Shown piece by piece: positions 54,736 to 64,000 of a stretch of DNA of 64,000 nt (position 1 is its first letter; each line of letters starts with the position of its first letter). Location: contig JASFRN010000002.1 of the NCBI GenBank assembly GCA_050114915.1, forward strand, positions 76 to 64,075, written 5' to 3'. Origin of the DNA: Gemmatimonadales bacterium (GTDB lineage Bacteria; Gemmatimonadota; Gemmatimonadetes; Palauibacterales; Palauibacteraceae). The notes beneath the pieces are model-generated. The model searched no databases and had not been told where the DNA came from. It worked only from the letters and a program-made list of their open reading frames with translations. The position numbers and the translations under genes are program-made.

Positions 54736-55149
54736 TCAGTCCGCGTCGGCCGCTCCCAGCTGATGGAGCAGGCCCAGCGAGTCCATCTGCTCCCACTCCG
54801 CAGAGATGCGGCCGCCTTCGACCGCGTAGAAGTTCATGCCCGACACCTCCACCCTGCGTCCGGTCGGGTCGATCCCGTGAAATGGGCCCTGGTGGGTGGC
54901 TGAGCCGGTCCAGCGGACGGCCACGCGATCCGGACCCGCCACGATGTCGCGAATCTCGACCCGCCAGTCGGGGAAGGCAACGTGAACGCCGCGCACGAAC
55001 GCTCCCGTCGCCGCCGCGTCCCGCGGGGGCTGGCCGCCGAGTCGGTACACGAAGCCGTCGGACGTCAATGCGTCCAGGGCGTCGAGATCGGCCTCGTTCC
55101 ACACTCGCTCGACGTACTCCTCCACTAGCTGCGCGCAGATCCCGGACAT
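54736..55149 (-). CDS. SnoaL-like (NTF2-fold) polyketide-cyclase/ester-cyclase family protein
   Basis: 137 aa, ...VEEYVERVWNEADLDALDALTSDGFVYR... ATG with AGAGGAGG 4 nt upstream. Confidence 0.6.
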   Translation of the reverse strand: MSGICAQLVEEYVERVWNEADLDALDALTSDGFVYRLGGQPPRDAAATGAFVRGVHVAFPDWRVEIRDIVAGPDRVAVRWTGSATHQGPFHGIDPTGRRVEVSGMNFYAVEGGRISAEWEQMDSLGLLHQLGAADAD

Positions 55150-55163
55150 CGAGCCTCCTCTCA

Positions 55164-56297
55164 TCATACCGGTTCCTCCATCATTGCGGCGATGCTCCGC
55201 ACCAGTTGTTCGACGCTGAACAGACGGAGCAGGCGGTTGCGGGTCCAGGCGACCGCCCGGGAGCGCACGAACATGATCCGTCCGAGACGGCGCGAATCCG
55301 CCTGGGCCCGCTCCACGCGCTGGCGGTGGCGCTTCTCGTACCGGTCGAGCGCCTGCTCGACGTGGCCCGGACCGGTTCTCGACAGCGTGTCGTCGAGAGC
55401 GGCCGCCGACTCCATGGCCATCGAGGCGCCCACGCCCGCCGTGGGGAGAAAGCCCACCGCGGCGTCGCCGAGCAGCACGACGCGGCCGCGGCGCCAGCGC
55501 GCCGCCCGGCAGTCGTGGAATTCCCAGAAGAACGATTCCTCCGGGAGCTCGTGGATGCGCTCGAGTGCGGGGATCGGTTGCGAGAGCTCGCGGCGCATGG
55601 CGGCCGCGAAGGCCGGCAGGCCCGCCTCGCGCGCCTCGTCGGCGGGTCCGCCCAGGAAAACGCCGAGCCGATCCCGGGTGGGATAGAGTCCGAGGAAGCG
55701 CCCGGCCCCCCAGTACTCGGCGTACGCGTCGCGGGCTCCGAGGTCGGGATCCGTCCAGAACACCCAACCGCCCCAGCCCGTGTCCCGGTAGCTGTATTCC
55801 CCGTCGTCCAGGATCATCCCGCGAAGGTCCGAGTGCAGGCCGTCGGCGCCGACGACCAGGTCGAAGGTCGCCTGCGAGCCGTCGTCGAACACCACTCCGA
55901 CCTCCTCGTCGCGGGGCTCGAGCTGCTCGACGGTGGTTCCGTGACGGATGTCGACGTCTGTCGCGCCTTCGAGGAGGAGCTCCACCAGCTCGTCCCGGCC
56001 GATACCACGGATGTCGCCGAAGCGCCGGGCGAGCGAGGTCAGGTCGTACTCCCGGACGAGTTCGCCCCGACCGTTTCCGATGCGGTACGCTCGCATCGCG
56101 ACGCTCCGCTCGCGGTAGGCGCCGTGCAGGCCGAGACCATGCAGGACCCGTCCGCCGATCGGCAGCAGGCCCAGCATGTAGCCCTTCTCGGTGGATTCCT
56201 CGTCGCGTTCGATGACCAGGGGTTCCTCTCCGCGCTGGCTCATGAGCGCGGCGAGGGTGACGCCGGCCACGCCGGCGCCGACGATGAGGGTTCGCAC
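55164..56297 (-). CDS. FAD-dependent monooxygenase (class A flavoprotein hydroxylase-like)
   Basis: N-terminus MRTLIVGAGVAGVTLAALM...VIERDEE, a DG motif (GADGLHSDLR), and GDAAVGFLPTAGVGASMAMES. Confidence 0.8.
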   Translation of the reverse strand: MRTLIVGAGVAGVTLAALMSQRGEEPLVIERDEESTEKGYMLGLLPIGGRVLHGLGLHGAYRERSVAMRAYRIGNGRGELVREYDLTSLARRFGDIRGIGRDELVELLLEGATDVDIRHGTTVEQLEPRDEEVGVVFDDGSQATFDLVVGADGLHSDLRGMILDDGEYSYRDTGWGGWVFWTDPDLGARDAYAEYWGAGRFLGLYPTRDRLGVFLGGPADEAREAGLPAFAAAMRRELSQPIPALERIHELPEESFFWEFHDCRAARWRRGRVVLLGDAAVGFLPTAGVGASMAMESAAALDDTLSRTGPGHVEQALDRYEKRHRQRVERAQADSRRLGRIMFVRSRAVAWTRNRLLRLFSVEQLVRSIAAMMEEPV

Positions 56298-56404
56298 TTC
56301 GACCGCCTTTCCGACAGATCACGTCACTGCCCGGCTCCCTTGAACCTACCGGGCGCCGCCGGCTGCGGTCTAACCGCCGGCGCCGCGGGCCATGCGCTCG
56401 ATCG

Positions 56405-57685
56405 TCACGAGTCGGTGTCCACGTGGCGGAGGATCAGCGGCCGTCCGACGAGCACGAGCACGACGATGCCGGCGAACAGGGCGAGCGCCACGGGCGCCGT
56501 ACGGCTGAGGCGAACGACGAGAGCGAGGGTGGCGGCCCCGGCCCCGCCGGCCCCGGCCCCCGTGAGCCAGCGCGATCCGACCCGCTCGCGATAGGCCACG
56601 GCGCATACGACGCAGAAGGTGAACAGGAAGGCGAGGCTGGCGGATTCCACCAGCGACGAGAGGCTCCCGATCGACGCGAACAGGGCGGCCAGCAGCCCGA
56701 GCGTGATCACGGCCCGGTCGGGCACCCCCTCGCGGTTCCGGTGCTCGACGACGCTCGGCAGCTCCCCGGCCCGGGCCACGTCGTGCGACAGCCGGGCGGT
56801 CGCGAACAGGGTGGCGTTGATCGCGGAGCCGGTCGAGAAGGCGGCCGCGATCGTCACGACGACGAGACCGGCCGTGCCGAACGCGTTCTGGCCGGCGATC
56901 GACAGGGCGACTTCCTGGTTCGCGACGATCTGGTCGGCGCCGATCAGCATCGCCGTGCCGAGCGCCACGGCGACGTAGACGAAGATGACGACGGCGATCG
57001 CGGACAGGATCGCCCGGGGCAGGGTGCGATCCGCGTCTCGTATGTCCTCGTAATCGTAGGTGAGCAGCTGGAAGCCCTCGTAGGCCATGAACACGGCCGC
57101 CGCCCCGAACACCGCGTCCGGCACGGTGGCGTCCGGCACGCCGCGAGACAACAGCTCGGGGTTCCAGCGCGCGATCCCGACCCCCGCGAGGCCCATGAGC
57201 ACCGCGAGCTTGAACCACACGAGGAACACTTCCACGCCCCCGGCCTCTCCCGTCCCGAGCAGGTTCACTCCGATGAACACGAGCAGGATGATCACGGCCG
57301 CCGCTCGCGCCCCCAGCGGGCCGAGCCCGAGGACGTGGTTCACGTACTCGCCGAACGTGAACGCGTAGACGGCGTTCGTGAGCACGTAGCCGACGATGAG
57401 GATCCAGGCGAGGCTTCCCGCGAAGCTGTAGGCGTCGATCTCGCGCAGGAAGGTGAAGGCGCCCCCGCCCTCGCCGAACCGCTTCGCGAGGCCCGCGTAA
57501 CTGTAGCCGGCGAGCATGGCGATCAGGCCCGCGGCCACGAAGCTCAGCCAGGCGAGGCGGCCCGAGATGCCGATCACGACGCCGAGCGTGGAGAAGATCC
57601 CGCCGCCGACCATGCCGCCGACGGCCATGGACCACGTCGCCTGGAAGCCGAGTTTTTCGCCGGAGCCGGAGTTGGAGGACGTCAC
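56405..57685 (-). CDS. APC-superfamily amino acid permease
   Basis: 426 aa with 12 predicted TM segments. The N-terminus ...LGVVIGISGRLAWLSFVAAG... is typical of the APC family. Confidence 0.8.
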   Translation of the reverse strand: MTSSNSGSGEKLGFQATWSMAVGGMVGGGIFSTLGVVIGISGRLAWLSFVAAGLIAMLAGYSYAGLAKRFGEGGGAFTFLREIDAYSFAGSLAWILIVGYVLTNAVYAFTFGEYVNHVLGLGPLGARAAAVIILLVFIGVNLLGTGEAGGVEVFLVWFKLAVLMGLAGVGIARWNPELLSRGVPDATVPDAVFGAAAVFMAYEGFQLLTYDYEDIRDADRTLPRAILSAIAVVIFVYVAVALGTAMLIGADQIVANQEVALSIAGQNAFGTAGLVVVTIAAAFSTGSAINATLFATARLSHDVARAGELPSVVEHRNREGVPDRAVITLGLLAALFASIGSLSSLVESASLAFLFTFCVVCAVAYRERVGSRWLTGAGAGGAGAATLALVVRLSRTAPVALALFAGIVVLVLVGRPLILRHVDTDS

Positions 57686-58635
57686 GTCGTCGCCGTTGGT
57701 GGAGTCTGGTTTCGCAGCACGGTCAGGGCCACGCCGCCGAGAATCAGGGCGCTGGCCACGACTAACCTCGTGGAGACCCGCTCCGAGAGGAAGAGAACTC
57801 CCCCGAATGCAGCGATGACCGGTACGGTCAGCTGGACGATCGAGGCCTGTGTCGTGGTCAGGTCACGCAGCGCCCGGTACCACAGGACATATCCGAGGCC
57901 GGAGGTCGCGACGCCGGAAACGAGGGCGAGCGCCACGCCCGTCCACACCGCATGTGTCGGCAGGAAGGCGAGGCCGAACAGGCTCAGGGCGAGGGCCAGC
58001 GGCGCGGCTCGGGCGAAATTGCCGGCGGTCATGCGCACGGGCGCGGTCACGCCCCGTCCCCGGACCGAGTAGACGCCCCAGGCGAACCCCGAGATCGCCA
58101 TCAGGAGGGCGCCTGCGGGCGAGGGCGCCGAGATGCCGGGGAGCACGAGGTAGACGAGCCCGCCGACGGCCGCCGCCAGTCCCGTCCATTGCCAGGCGCC
58201 GAGGCGCTCGCCGCGGGACAGCGCGGTCCCGATCATGGTGATCTGGACCGCCGCGAACAGAATCAGCGCGCCCATCCCCGCGCTCAGCGAGAGGTAGGCG
58301 AGCGAGAACGCCGCGGCGTAGGCGAACAGCGCCAGGCCCGAGCGCCACGAGCCGGTCGTCTCCGGGGCCGCGTTCGCACCGCCGGCCCGGAGGACGATCG
58401 CCGCCAGCGCCAGCGCGCCGCTTCCCAGTCGGAGCGTGGTGAACGAAAGCGGATCGATGAGCTCGTGTCCGAGGGCCATCCGGCAGAGCAGCGAGTTGGC
58501 GGCGAAGGCGACCATGGTGAGCGTGGTCAGGGCCGCCGTGAGCAACGGCCGGCGTCCGCTCGTCTGGCGCCCGGGCATCGGCGCTCCAGGCCGGGCGGAG
58601 GTGCGGAGGACCGGTGGCGCCGTGCCGTCACTCAT
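57682..58635 (-). CDS. DMT-superfamily (EamA-like) transporter
   Basis: 317 aa with 10 predicted TM segments in two EamA-like halves. Confidence 0.75.
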   Translation of the reverse strand: MSDGTAPPVLRTSARPGAPMPGRQTSGRRPLLTAALTTLTMVAFAANSLLCRMALGHELIDPLSFTTLRLGSGALALAAIVLRAGGANAAPETTGSWRSGLALFAYAAAFSLAYLSLSAGMGALILFAAVQITMIGTALSRGERLGAWQWTGLAAAVGGLVYLVLPGISAPSPAGALLMAISGFAWGVYSVRGRGVTAPVRMTAGNFARAAPLALALSLFGLAFLPTHAVWTGVALALVSGVATSGLGYVLWYRALRDLTTTQASIVQLTVPVIAAFGGVLFLSERVSTRLVVASALILGGVALTVLRNQTPPTATT

Positions 58636-58769
58636 GGCATGAGGGTAGCGCCGGGGGGCGGACCGTGCGAGGCCCGGTCCCGGGGCGCTCGCCTCGGCTT
58701 GCGCAGCCCGCTGCCCGGGGTGGATCTTCGACCCCTGATCTCGCTCACCTCGACCACCGGATCCCGCTC

Positions 58770-60818
58770 ATGAACGTATCGCCGATTCGTCGTGCTCCCG
58801 CGTCCCTCGGCTTCCTCCTCCTCGTATCGGGCGTGCTCGCCGGCCCGCTGGCCCCGCGCCTCTCCGCCCAGGTCTCCCCCGCCGCCGCGAACAACCCGGA
58901 CGCGCGCGTCGCCCGCATCGAGGTGACGCCGGACACGGCGACCGTCGTCGTCGGAGAGCGCGCCCCGCTCGTGTTCACGGCCGTCGACGCGACGGGTCGC
59001 CCCGTGCCCGAGGCGTACGTCGCCGTCTACGTCGACGGGGCCGAGGTCGGGTACGACCAGCAGGCCGGCGAGGTCGTCGGCCTGGCCCCGGGACGCACGA
59101 GCATCATGGTCCGGGTTCGGGTGCCGAACGACCGGCCGATCGGCTACGCCGACGTGATCGGCACCGCGATCGTCCGCGTGCTCCCGCCCCCTATCGATCG
59201 GCTGCAGCTCACCGATGCGCGTGTCCGCTACTACGCGGGGGTGGAATCGCGACTCGCGGTTCGCGCCCTGGCCGGCGGAGAGCCGCGCGAAGTGCCCGAG
59301 CTGAGCTGGACGTCGTCGGATCCGAACGTGGCCCGGGTGTGGGACGGGCTCCTGGAGCCCCGCCGGCCGGGTACGGCCAGGATCACCGTGAGCACGCCCG
59401 ACGGGGTGACCGCGACGCACGACCTGACGGTCGTCGCCAGCCCGGTCACCGACCTCGTCCTCGCCGAGTCGGGGGCGGCCCCCCGTGTCGGCGACGTGAC
59501 CCGACTGCGCGCGCGCCCGGTCGACGACGCCGGCGGCACGGTCGACGACGCCGACGTGAGCTGGATCGTGGACCCCCTCGAGGGGCAGCCGTACGACGCG
59601 ATGTGGATGGAGCGCGAGGGCGCCGACGTGGCCGCCTTCGTGCCGAACGAGCCCGGTCGTTACCGGATCACGGCCCGGGTCGGCGCGGTCGTCGAGCACG
59701 CCGAGATCACGGCGGCGGCCCGTCCGCCGCGCCGCACCGTGGAGCTGGTGGCCCACGGCGTCGCGCCGCTCGGACAGTCGACCACCGACCTGTGGGCGTT
59801 CGAAGGGCTCGACGGCCGCGACTACGTCTACACCGGCACGTATTCGGGCAACAACATGTACGCGTGGGACGTCTCCGATCCGGCCCGGCCGACGATCGTC
59901 GACTCCGTCAGCTTCGACGGCCGCCGGGTCAACGACGTGAAGATCAACGAGGACCGCACGATCGCCATCGTCACCAGCGAGCATGCGGCGAACCGGCAGA
60001 ACGGTCTCACCGTGGTCGACATCGCCGAGCCCGCCCATCCGCGGAAGCTCGCCCACTATGCCGAGGGGCTCACCGGGGGCGTCCACAACACGTGGATTCG
60101 CGGCGACCTGGTCTATGCCGTTCACTACGGAACCCGCGCGCTGCACATCATCGACATCTCCGATCCGACCCGACCCCACGAGGTCGGCCGGTGGCAGCTG
60201 CCGAACGAAGACCGCTTCCTCCACGACGTGATGATCGAGGACGGGCTCGCCTATCTGAGCTACTGGAACGACGGGCTCGTGATCCTCGACGTAGGGAACG
60301 GGATCGCGGGCGGCACGCCGACGGAGCCGGCGTTCGTGTCGCAGTATGCGTACCGGTATCGGCTGGGCAGCGAGGCGTACGGCAACACCCACCACGCGAT
60401 CCGCTACGGCAACTACGTGTTCACCGGAGACGAGATCTTCGGCTGCGCGGAGTGCGTGAACGGGCCACGCGGCTACATCCACGTCATCGACGTGACCGAC
60501 ATCGCGCATCCCAGGGAGGTAGCTTACTACCGGGTGCCGGAGGCCGGTGCCCACAACATATGGGCCGAGGACGACAAGCTGTTCATCGGGTACTACCAGG
60601 CAGGCCTTCGCATCGTCGACGTTTCCGGCGAGCTGCGGGGCGACCTGTACCGGCAGGGACGGGAGATCGGCTGGTTCATGACCGAGGACGGGACGGGCTC
60701 GTACCCGAACGCCACCGACACCTGGGGCGCCCAGCCTTTCAAGGGCGTGATCTACGCGTCCGACGGCGCTTCGGGGCTGTGGGTCACTCGTCTCGAGGGC
60801 GCGTCGCTCGTCCCCTGA
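58770..60818 (+). CDS. Secreted protein with N-terminal Big_2-like Ig domains and a C-terminal LVIVD-repeat beta-propeller
   Basis: Signal peptide. Three Ig-like modules (IEVTPDTATVVVGERAPL..., LSWTSSDPNVARV...). LVIVD repeats follow (YAWDVSDPARP, LTVVDIAEPAHP, LHIIDISDPTRP, LVILDVGNG, IHVIDVTDIAHP, LRIVDVSG). Confidence 0.7.
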   Translation: MNVSPIRRAPASLGFLLLVSGVLAGPLAPRLSAQVSPAAANNPDARVARIEVTPDTATVVVGERAPLVFTAVDATGRPVPEAYVAVYVDGAEVGYDQQAGEVVGLAPGRTSIMVRVRVPNDRPIGYADVIGTAIVRVLPPPIDRLQLTDARVRYYAGVESRLAVRALAGGEPREVPELSWTSSDPNVARVWDGLLEPRRPGTARITVSTPDGVTATHDLTVVASPVTDLVLAESGAAPRVGDVTRLRARPVDDAGGTVDDADVSWIVDPLEGQPYDAMWMEREGADVAAFVPNEPGRYRITARVGAVVEHAEITAAARPPRRTVELVAHGVAPLGQSTTDLWAFEGLDGRDYVYTGTYSGNNMYAWDVSDPARPTIVDSVSFDGRRVNDVKINEDRTIAIVTSEHAANRQNGLTVVDIAEPAHPRKLAHYAEGLTGGVHNTWIRGDLVYAVHYGTRALHIIDISDPTRPHEVGRWQLPNEDRFLHDVMIEDGLAYLSYWNDGLVILDVGNGIAGGTPTEPAFVSQYAYRYRLGSEAYGNTHHAIRYGNYVFTGDEIFGCAECVNGPRGYIHVIDVTDIAHPREVAYYRVPEAGAHNIWAEDDKLFIGYYQAGLRIVDVSGELRGDLYRQGREIGWFMTEDGTGSYPNATDTWGAQPFKGVIYASDGASGLWVTRLEGASLVP

Positions 60819-60836
60819 CTTGAGACGGAGGCAGGA

Positions 60837-61790
60837 ATGATCTACGACAGCATCGCCGACACGGTCGGGAACACGCCGGTCGTGCGCCTGAACCACATCG
60901 CACCCGAGGGCGTCGACGTCTTCGTCAAGGTCGAGGCGTTCAACCCGACCGGCTCCGTGAAGGACCGGCTCGCCTTCGCGATCATCGACGAGGCCGAGCG
61001 CTCCGGGGAGCTGAAGCCGGGGCAGACCGTCATCGAGGCCACGTCGGGCAACACCGGGATCGGCCTCGCCATGATGTGCGCGGCGCGCGGGCACCCCTTC
61101 GTCGCGGTGATGGCGGACGCGTTCTCCGTGGAGCGCCGGCAGATCATGCGGGCGCTCGGCGCGAAGGTGATCCTCACGCCCGCCGAGCTGCGGGGCTCGG
61201 GTATGGTGAGGAAGACCGAGGAGCTCGCCGCGAAGCACGGCTGGTTCCACGCGCGCCAGTTCAAGAACCCGGCGAACCCGGCGTTTCACCGGCAGACCAC
61301 GGGGCCCGAAATCGTCCGGGATTTCGCGGGGCGTCGGCTCGACGCCTGGGTCACGGGCTGGGGCACCGGCGGGACGCTCACCGGCGTTGCCGAAGTCCTG
61401 AAGGTCGCGCGCCCGGAGGTGCGGATCGTCGTCGCCGAGCCGGCCGTCGCTTCGCTCCTCCAGGGGGCGGAGTTCCAGTCTCACAAGATCCAGGGCTGGG
61501 TGCCGGACTTCATCCCCGAGGTGTTGAACGAGGACGTGGTCGACGAGGTCCGGACGGTCACGGACGAGGCCGCGCGGGACGTGGCGCTTCGGCTGGCGCG
61601 GCGGGAGGGCATCTTCGTGGGGGTTTCTTCGGGCGCCACGGCGGCGGCGGCTCTCGACCTGGCGGCCGAGATGGAGCCGGGATCGGCGATCCTCGCCATG
61701 CTGCCCGACACCGGCGAGCGCTACCTGAGCACGTACCTGTTCGCCGATCTTCCGCAGGGCTCCGACGACGAATGGCTGGCGAGCCTCTGA
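60837..61790 (+). CDS. cysK: Cysteine synthase A (O-acetylserine sulfhydrylase)
   Basis: PLP lysine context NPTGSVKDRLA, TSGNTGIGLA, GTGGT. Confidence 0.9.
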   Translation: MIYDSIADTVGNTPVVRLNHIAPEGVDVFVKVEAFNPTGSVKDRLAFAIIDEAERSGELKPGQTVIEATSGNTGIGLAMMCAARGHPFVAVMADAFSVERRQIMRALGAKVILTPAELRGSGMVRKTEELAAKHGWFHARQFKNPANPAFHRQTTGPEIVRDFAGRRLDAWVTGWGTGGTLTGVAEVLKVARPEVRIVVAEPAVASLLQGAEFQSHKIQGWVPDFIPEVLNEDVVDEVRTVTDEAARDVALRLARREGIFVGVSSGATAAAALDLAAEMEPGSAILAMLPDTGERYLSTYLFADLPQGSDDEWLASL

Positions 61791-61817
61791 CGAAGTATGT
61801 CCATTACAAACATCTTG

Positions 61818-62510
61818 TCAGACATCGGGATATGTCGGCCCATATGATGTAGTATCGAACCTCCCGTGGCGGAGAAACGCCACGACCTGCCCGGCCACGT
61901 CGCCACGGTTCATGATGAACGTGTGCGAGGCCGGTACGACGAGGAAGTCGGTCGCGCCCGGCACCCGGGCCCGCTCGACGGAGACCTTTCCATCGTGGGG
62001 CCCTGGAATCAGGTGGTCGCTCAGGGGATTGAGACTCCGATCGCCCGTGATCACCCCGAGCTCGAAGTCGGCGGCAGGCAGGCGTCGGACCAGCGAATCG
62101 GGATCCGTCCCGAGCTCCGTGAGGGCCGGTCCGAGGACGGAGCGGAGCAGGGGAACGTCCGTGAACGCGTCGGCCAGCTCGCTGCCCCGCGCCGGCGGGC
62201 TCAGCATCACCACCCGTCCCCGATGCGGACCCGACGTTCCGGCCAGGTAGTTCCAGACCAGGATGCCGCCGAGCGAGTGGGTGACGAAGTGGACCGACGA
62301 GTCGCGGCCGGCGCAGGAACGCGCGACCCTGGCGGCGAGCCGCTCGGTGAGCGTCGCGATCGACGCGCGGCGCGACGGGTACTGGAACGCCGTCGCCCGA
62401 AACCCGGCGGATCGGAGACGGCCGGTCAGGACCGCCATGGACAGCGCGGACCGTCCGAGTCCGTGGACGACGATCACCGGAGCCTCGTTCGGCGGCGCGC
62501 CGCGGGTCAA
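61818..62510 (-). CDS. Alpha/beta-hydrolase (lipase-like) protein
   Basis: Nucleophile elbow THSLGG. The inferred TTG start overlaps the upstream stop; the start is uncertain. Confidence 0.6.
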   Translation of the reverse strand: MTRGAPPNEAPVIVVHGLGRSALSMAVLTGRLRSAGFRATAFQYPSRRASIATLTERLAARVARSCAGRDSSVHFVTHSLGGILVWNYLAGTSGPHRGRVVMLSPPARGSELADAFTDVPLLRSVLGPALTELGTDPDSLVRRLPAADFELGVITGDRSLNPLSDHLIPGPHDGKVSVERARVPGATDFLVVPASHTFIMNRGDVAGQVVAFLRHGRFDTTSYGPTYPDV

Positions 62511-62860
62511 GCGCTGAACCAGAGGTGCGCGGCCACGAACACCAGGAACACGGCGAACGCCTTCTGCAGGTCGGTCGCCGAGAGGCGCAGCGCCACGTGG
62601 GCTCCGAAGTACGCCCCGACCAGCAGGCCGAAAGCGACCAGCAACGCGGGCCCCAGCTCGACGTAGCCGGCGCGGTAATAGTGCCAGGCTCCGAGCGCGC
62701 CGACCGGCAGCAGAAGCGCCGCCAGCGACGTGCCGGTGGCCATCTCCGGCTTCATTCCGGCCACCATGATCAGCGCCGGCACGATGACCACGCCGCCGCC
62801 GATGCCGAACAGGCCGGAGAGGACGCCCGCCACGAGACCAATTCCGAGATATCCGATCAT
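62507..62860 (-). CDS. Half-size TauE/SafE (DUF81)-like 4-TM membrane protein
   Basis: 117 aa, MIGYLGIGLVAGVLSGLFGIGGGVVIVPALIMVAG..., a single TauE repeat unit. Confidence 0.5.
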   Translation of the reverse strand: MIGYLGIGLVAGVLSGLFGIGGGVVIVPALIMVAGMKPEMATGTSLAALLLPVGALGAWHYYRAGYVELGPALLVAFGLLVGAYFGAHVALRLSATDLQKAFAVFLVFVAAHLWFSA

Positions 62861-63387
62861 TGTTCCTCTTTGTCCGCATCTGGAGGGGAAGAGGGGGAGA
62901 GCTGCGGCTCCGCGGCCAGCAGTCGGTCCAGGTGATCCACCAGCTTCGGGCTGAAGCGTAATTGCTCGCGTTCCCACCAGGCACGAGCCATGGGGCTGGC
63001 GAGCAGTCCAACCACGTCGCGCTCGTGTCCTCGCCAGGCTTCCGGATCGGCGAATCCACGTCTGAAATTGTAGAAACCCGCCTGGAAGCCCGCCACGGAC
63101 GCATAGAGGAAGGCGCTGAAGCGGATCTTGTCAGCCGCTGACAGAGATTCGCCGCCGGCGTTGGCCCGCTGCAGGATGTCGGCGAGCTCCGCGTCGCCGG
63201 CGATCGCGAGCCCGATGTCGATGGACATCGCCGCCCCGCCCATCTCGTGTGTGACGCCCAGCGATTCGGTGTTGAGGCGAGCCTGGTGGGTGTTCTGCCG
63301 CACCTGCAGGGCCAGGTATACGACCGAGACGATCACTCCGATGGCCGCCAGCACCTGGGCCAGCGCCGCGATCGCGGTCCAGTTCAT
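62857..63387 (-). CDS. Hypothetical membrane-anchored protein
   Basis: An N-terminal TM (AIAALAQVLAAIGVIVSVVYLAL) followed by a soluble domain. Stop and start overlap both neighbours. Confidence 0.4.
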   Translation of the reverse strand: MNWTAIAALAQVLAAIGVIVSVVYLALQVRQNTHQARLNTESLGVTHEMGGAAMSIDIGLAIAGDAELADILQRANAGGESLSAADKIRFSAFLYASVAGFQAGFYNFRRGFADPEAWRGHERDVVGLLASPMARAWWEREQLRFSPKLVDHLDRLLAAEPQLSPSSPPDADKEEQ

Positions 63388-63818
63388 GACGAGCGTCCTT
63401 TCCCCTCGATGTCTACGGCGGCTCGTTTCGGTTGTCCGACCACCTGCAACACCTTCACCGGCAATCCCCGGACGCCCTGCCGACGAACGGTCCACCGATA
63501 CCCCGGTTCCGAGATGCCGTCGACCAGCTCGCGCAATTCGTCCTCGGTATGACTCCGGAACGTCGAGGCGACGCCGTCCCACCCGATCATCAACGGGAGA
63601 ATCGGGGGGAGATAGGTCAGCAGCAGGGCGAGCGGATGCGCCGATTCGACGCGCGGCATCAGCCACAGGACGAGAAGGGGGACGGCCATGACGGTCAGGA
63701 GGCCGCGCAGCGAACGCGCCGTGGCCTCGAAGGCGGCGAACGGGACGTTGTCCCGCTGGGCGGCGACGAAGATCTCGCGCACCTGTTCGGGTCCAAAATG
63801 GTGGAGAGCCGTGAACAT
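63384..63818 (-). CDS. Hypothetical membrane protein
   Basis: 144 aa with 2-3 hydrophobic segments. The N-terminus may extend upstream; I see no stop between the annotated M and the window edge. Confidence 0.35.
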   Translation of the reverse strand: MFTALHHFGPEQVREIFVAAQRDNVPFAAFEATARSLRGLLTVMAVPLLVLWLMPRVESAHPLALLLTYLPPILPLMIGWDGVASTFRSHTEDELRELVDGISEPGYRWTVRRQGVRGLPVKVLQVVGQPKRAAVDIEGKGRSS

Positions 63819-64000
63819 GGTGCGCAGGCCCGGCAGCTCGGCGGGGACGTCGAGCGCGGAGACGGACGCCGGGTGGTAGGTGATCGCCGGATGCCCGTCG
63901 AGGCCGGCGGGGTCGTGGTGAGCGGGGACGAGGTCGGTCAGGACGATGTGCGCGTCGACGCCGTCGGCCGCGATCCTCGCCAGGAGTCCCGGCCAGGGGC

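Noticed and set aside
63819-64000. Possible 5' extension of the membrane-protein gene, or another minus-strand gene, at the window edge
   Set aside because: The reading frame stays open to the end of the window, so the start and identity cannot be determined.

Overview
This is a high-GC (roughly 68-70%) bacterial chromosomal segment, probably from a diderm lineage: it has BamD-like and Omp85-barrel proteins and many lipoproteins with an ...AAC-type lipobox. Gemmatimonadota-like is a guess only. The first ~16.6 kb is the conserved str/S10-spc-alpha ribosomal super-operon: the 3' end of tuf, then rpsJ through rplQ, with secY, adk, map, infA, rpmJ and rpoA in canonical order. It is followed by an uncharacterised membrane-anchored protein gene and rpmB. 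Next come nucleotide-sugar genes (an epimerase/dehydratase, ugd, a UDP-xylose synthase and a GT2 glycosyltransferase), two TPR lipoproteins (one BamD-like), nadD, and an unusually long secA. From ~26.4 kb the content is accessory: an AraC/VOC pair, cspA with a long structured leader, several lipoproteins, a PlpD-like patatin-Omp85 (type Vd) protein, pncA, and two LVIVD beta-propeller proteins (one in an operon with DUF305/GNAT genes). The largest feature is a ~10 kb translationally coupled minus-strand operon encoding a Mo-hydroxylase of the xanthine-dehydrogenase family (S-L-M order), an NCS1 transporter, an AMP-ligase, a cyclase-family hydrolase, an amidase, a YcaQ-like glycosylase and a YmdB-like macro domain. 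After that come ppa, a DUF1003 gene, a SnoaL/FAD-monooxygenase pair, two transporters, cysK, and a tight four-gene membrane/hydrolase operon. I saw no rRNA, tRNA, CRISPR array, IS element or obvious prophage content. Many long ORFs in the six-frame track are antisense or out-of-frame artefacts of GC-rich codon usage. Every functional call rests on reading the translated sequences by eye (motifs and remembered family resemblance); no search could be run.
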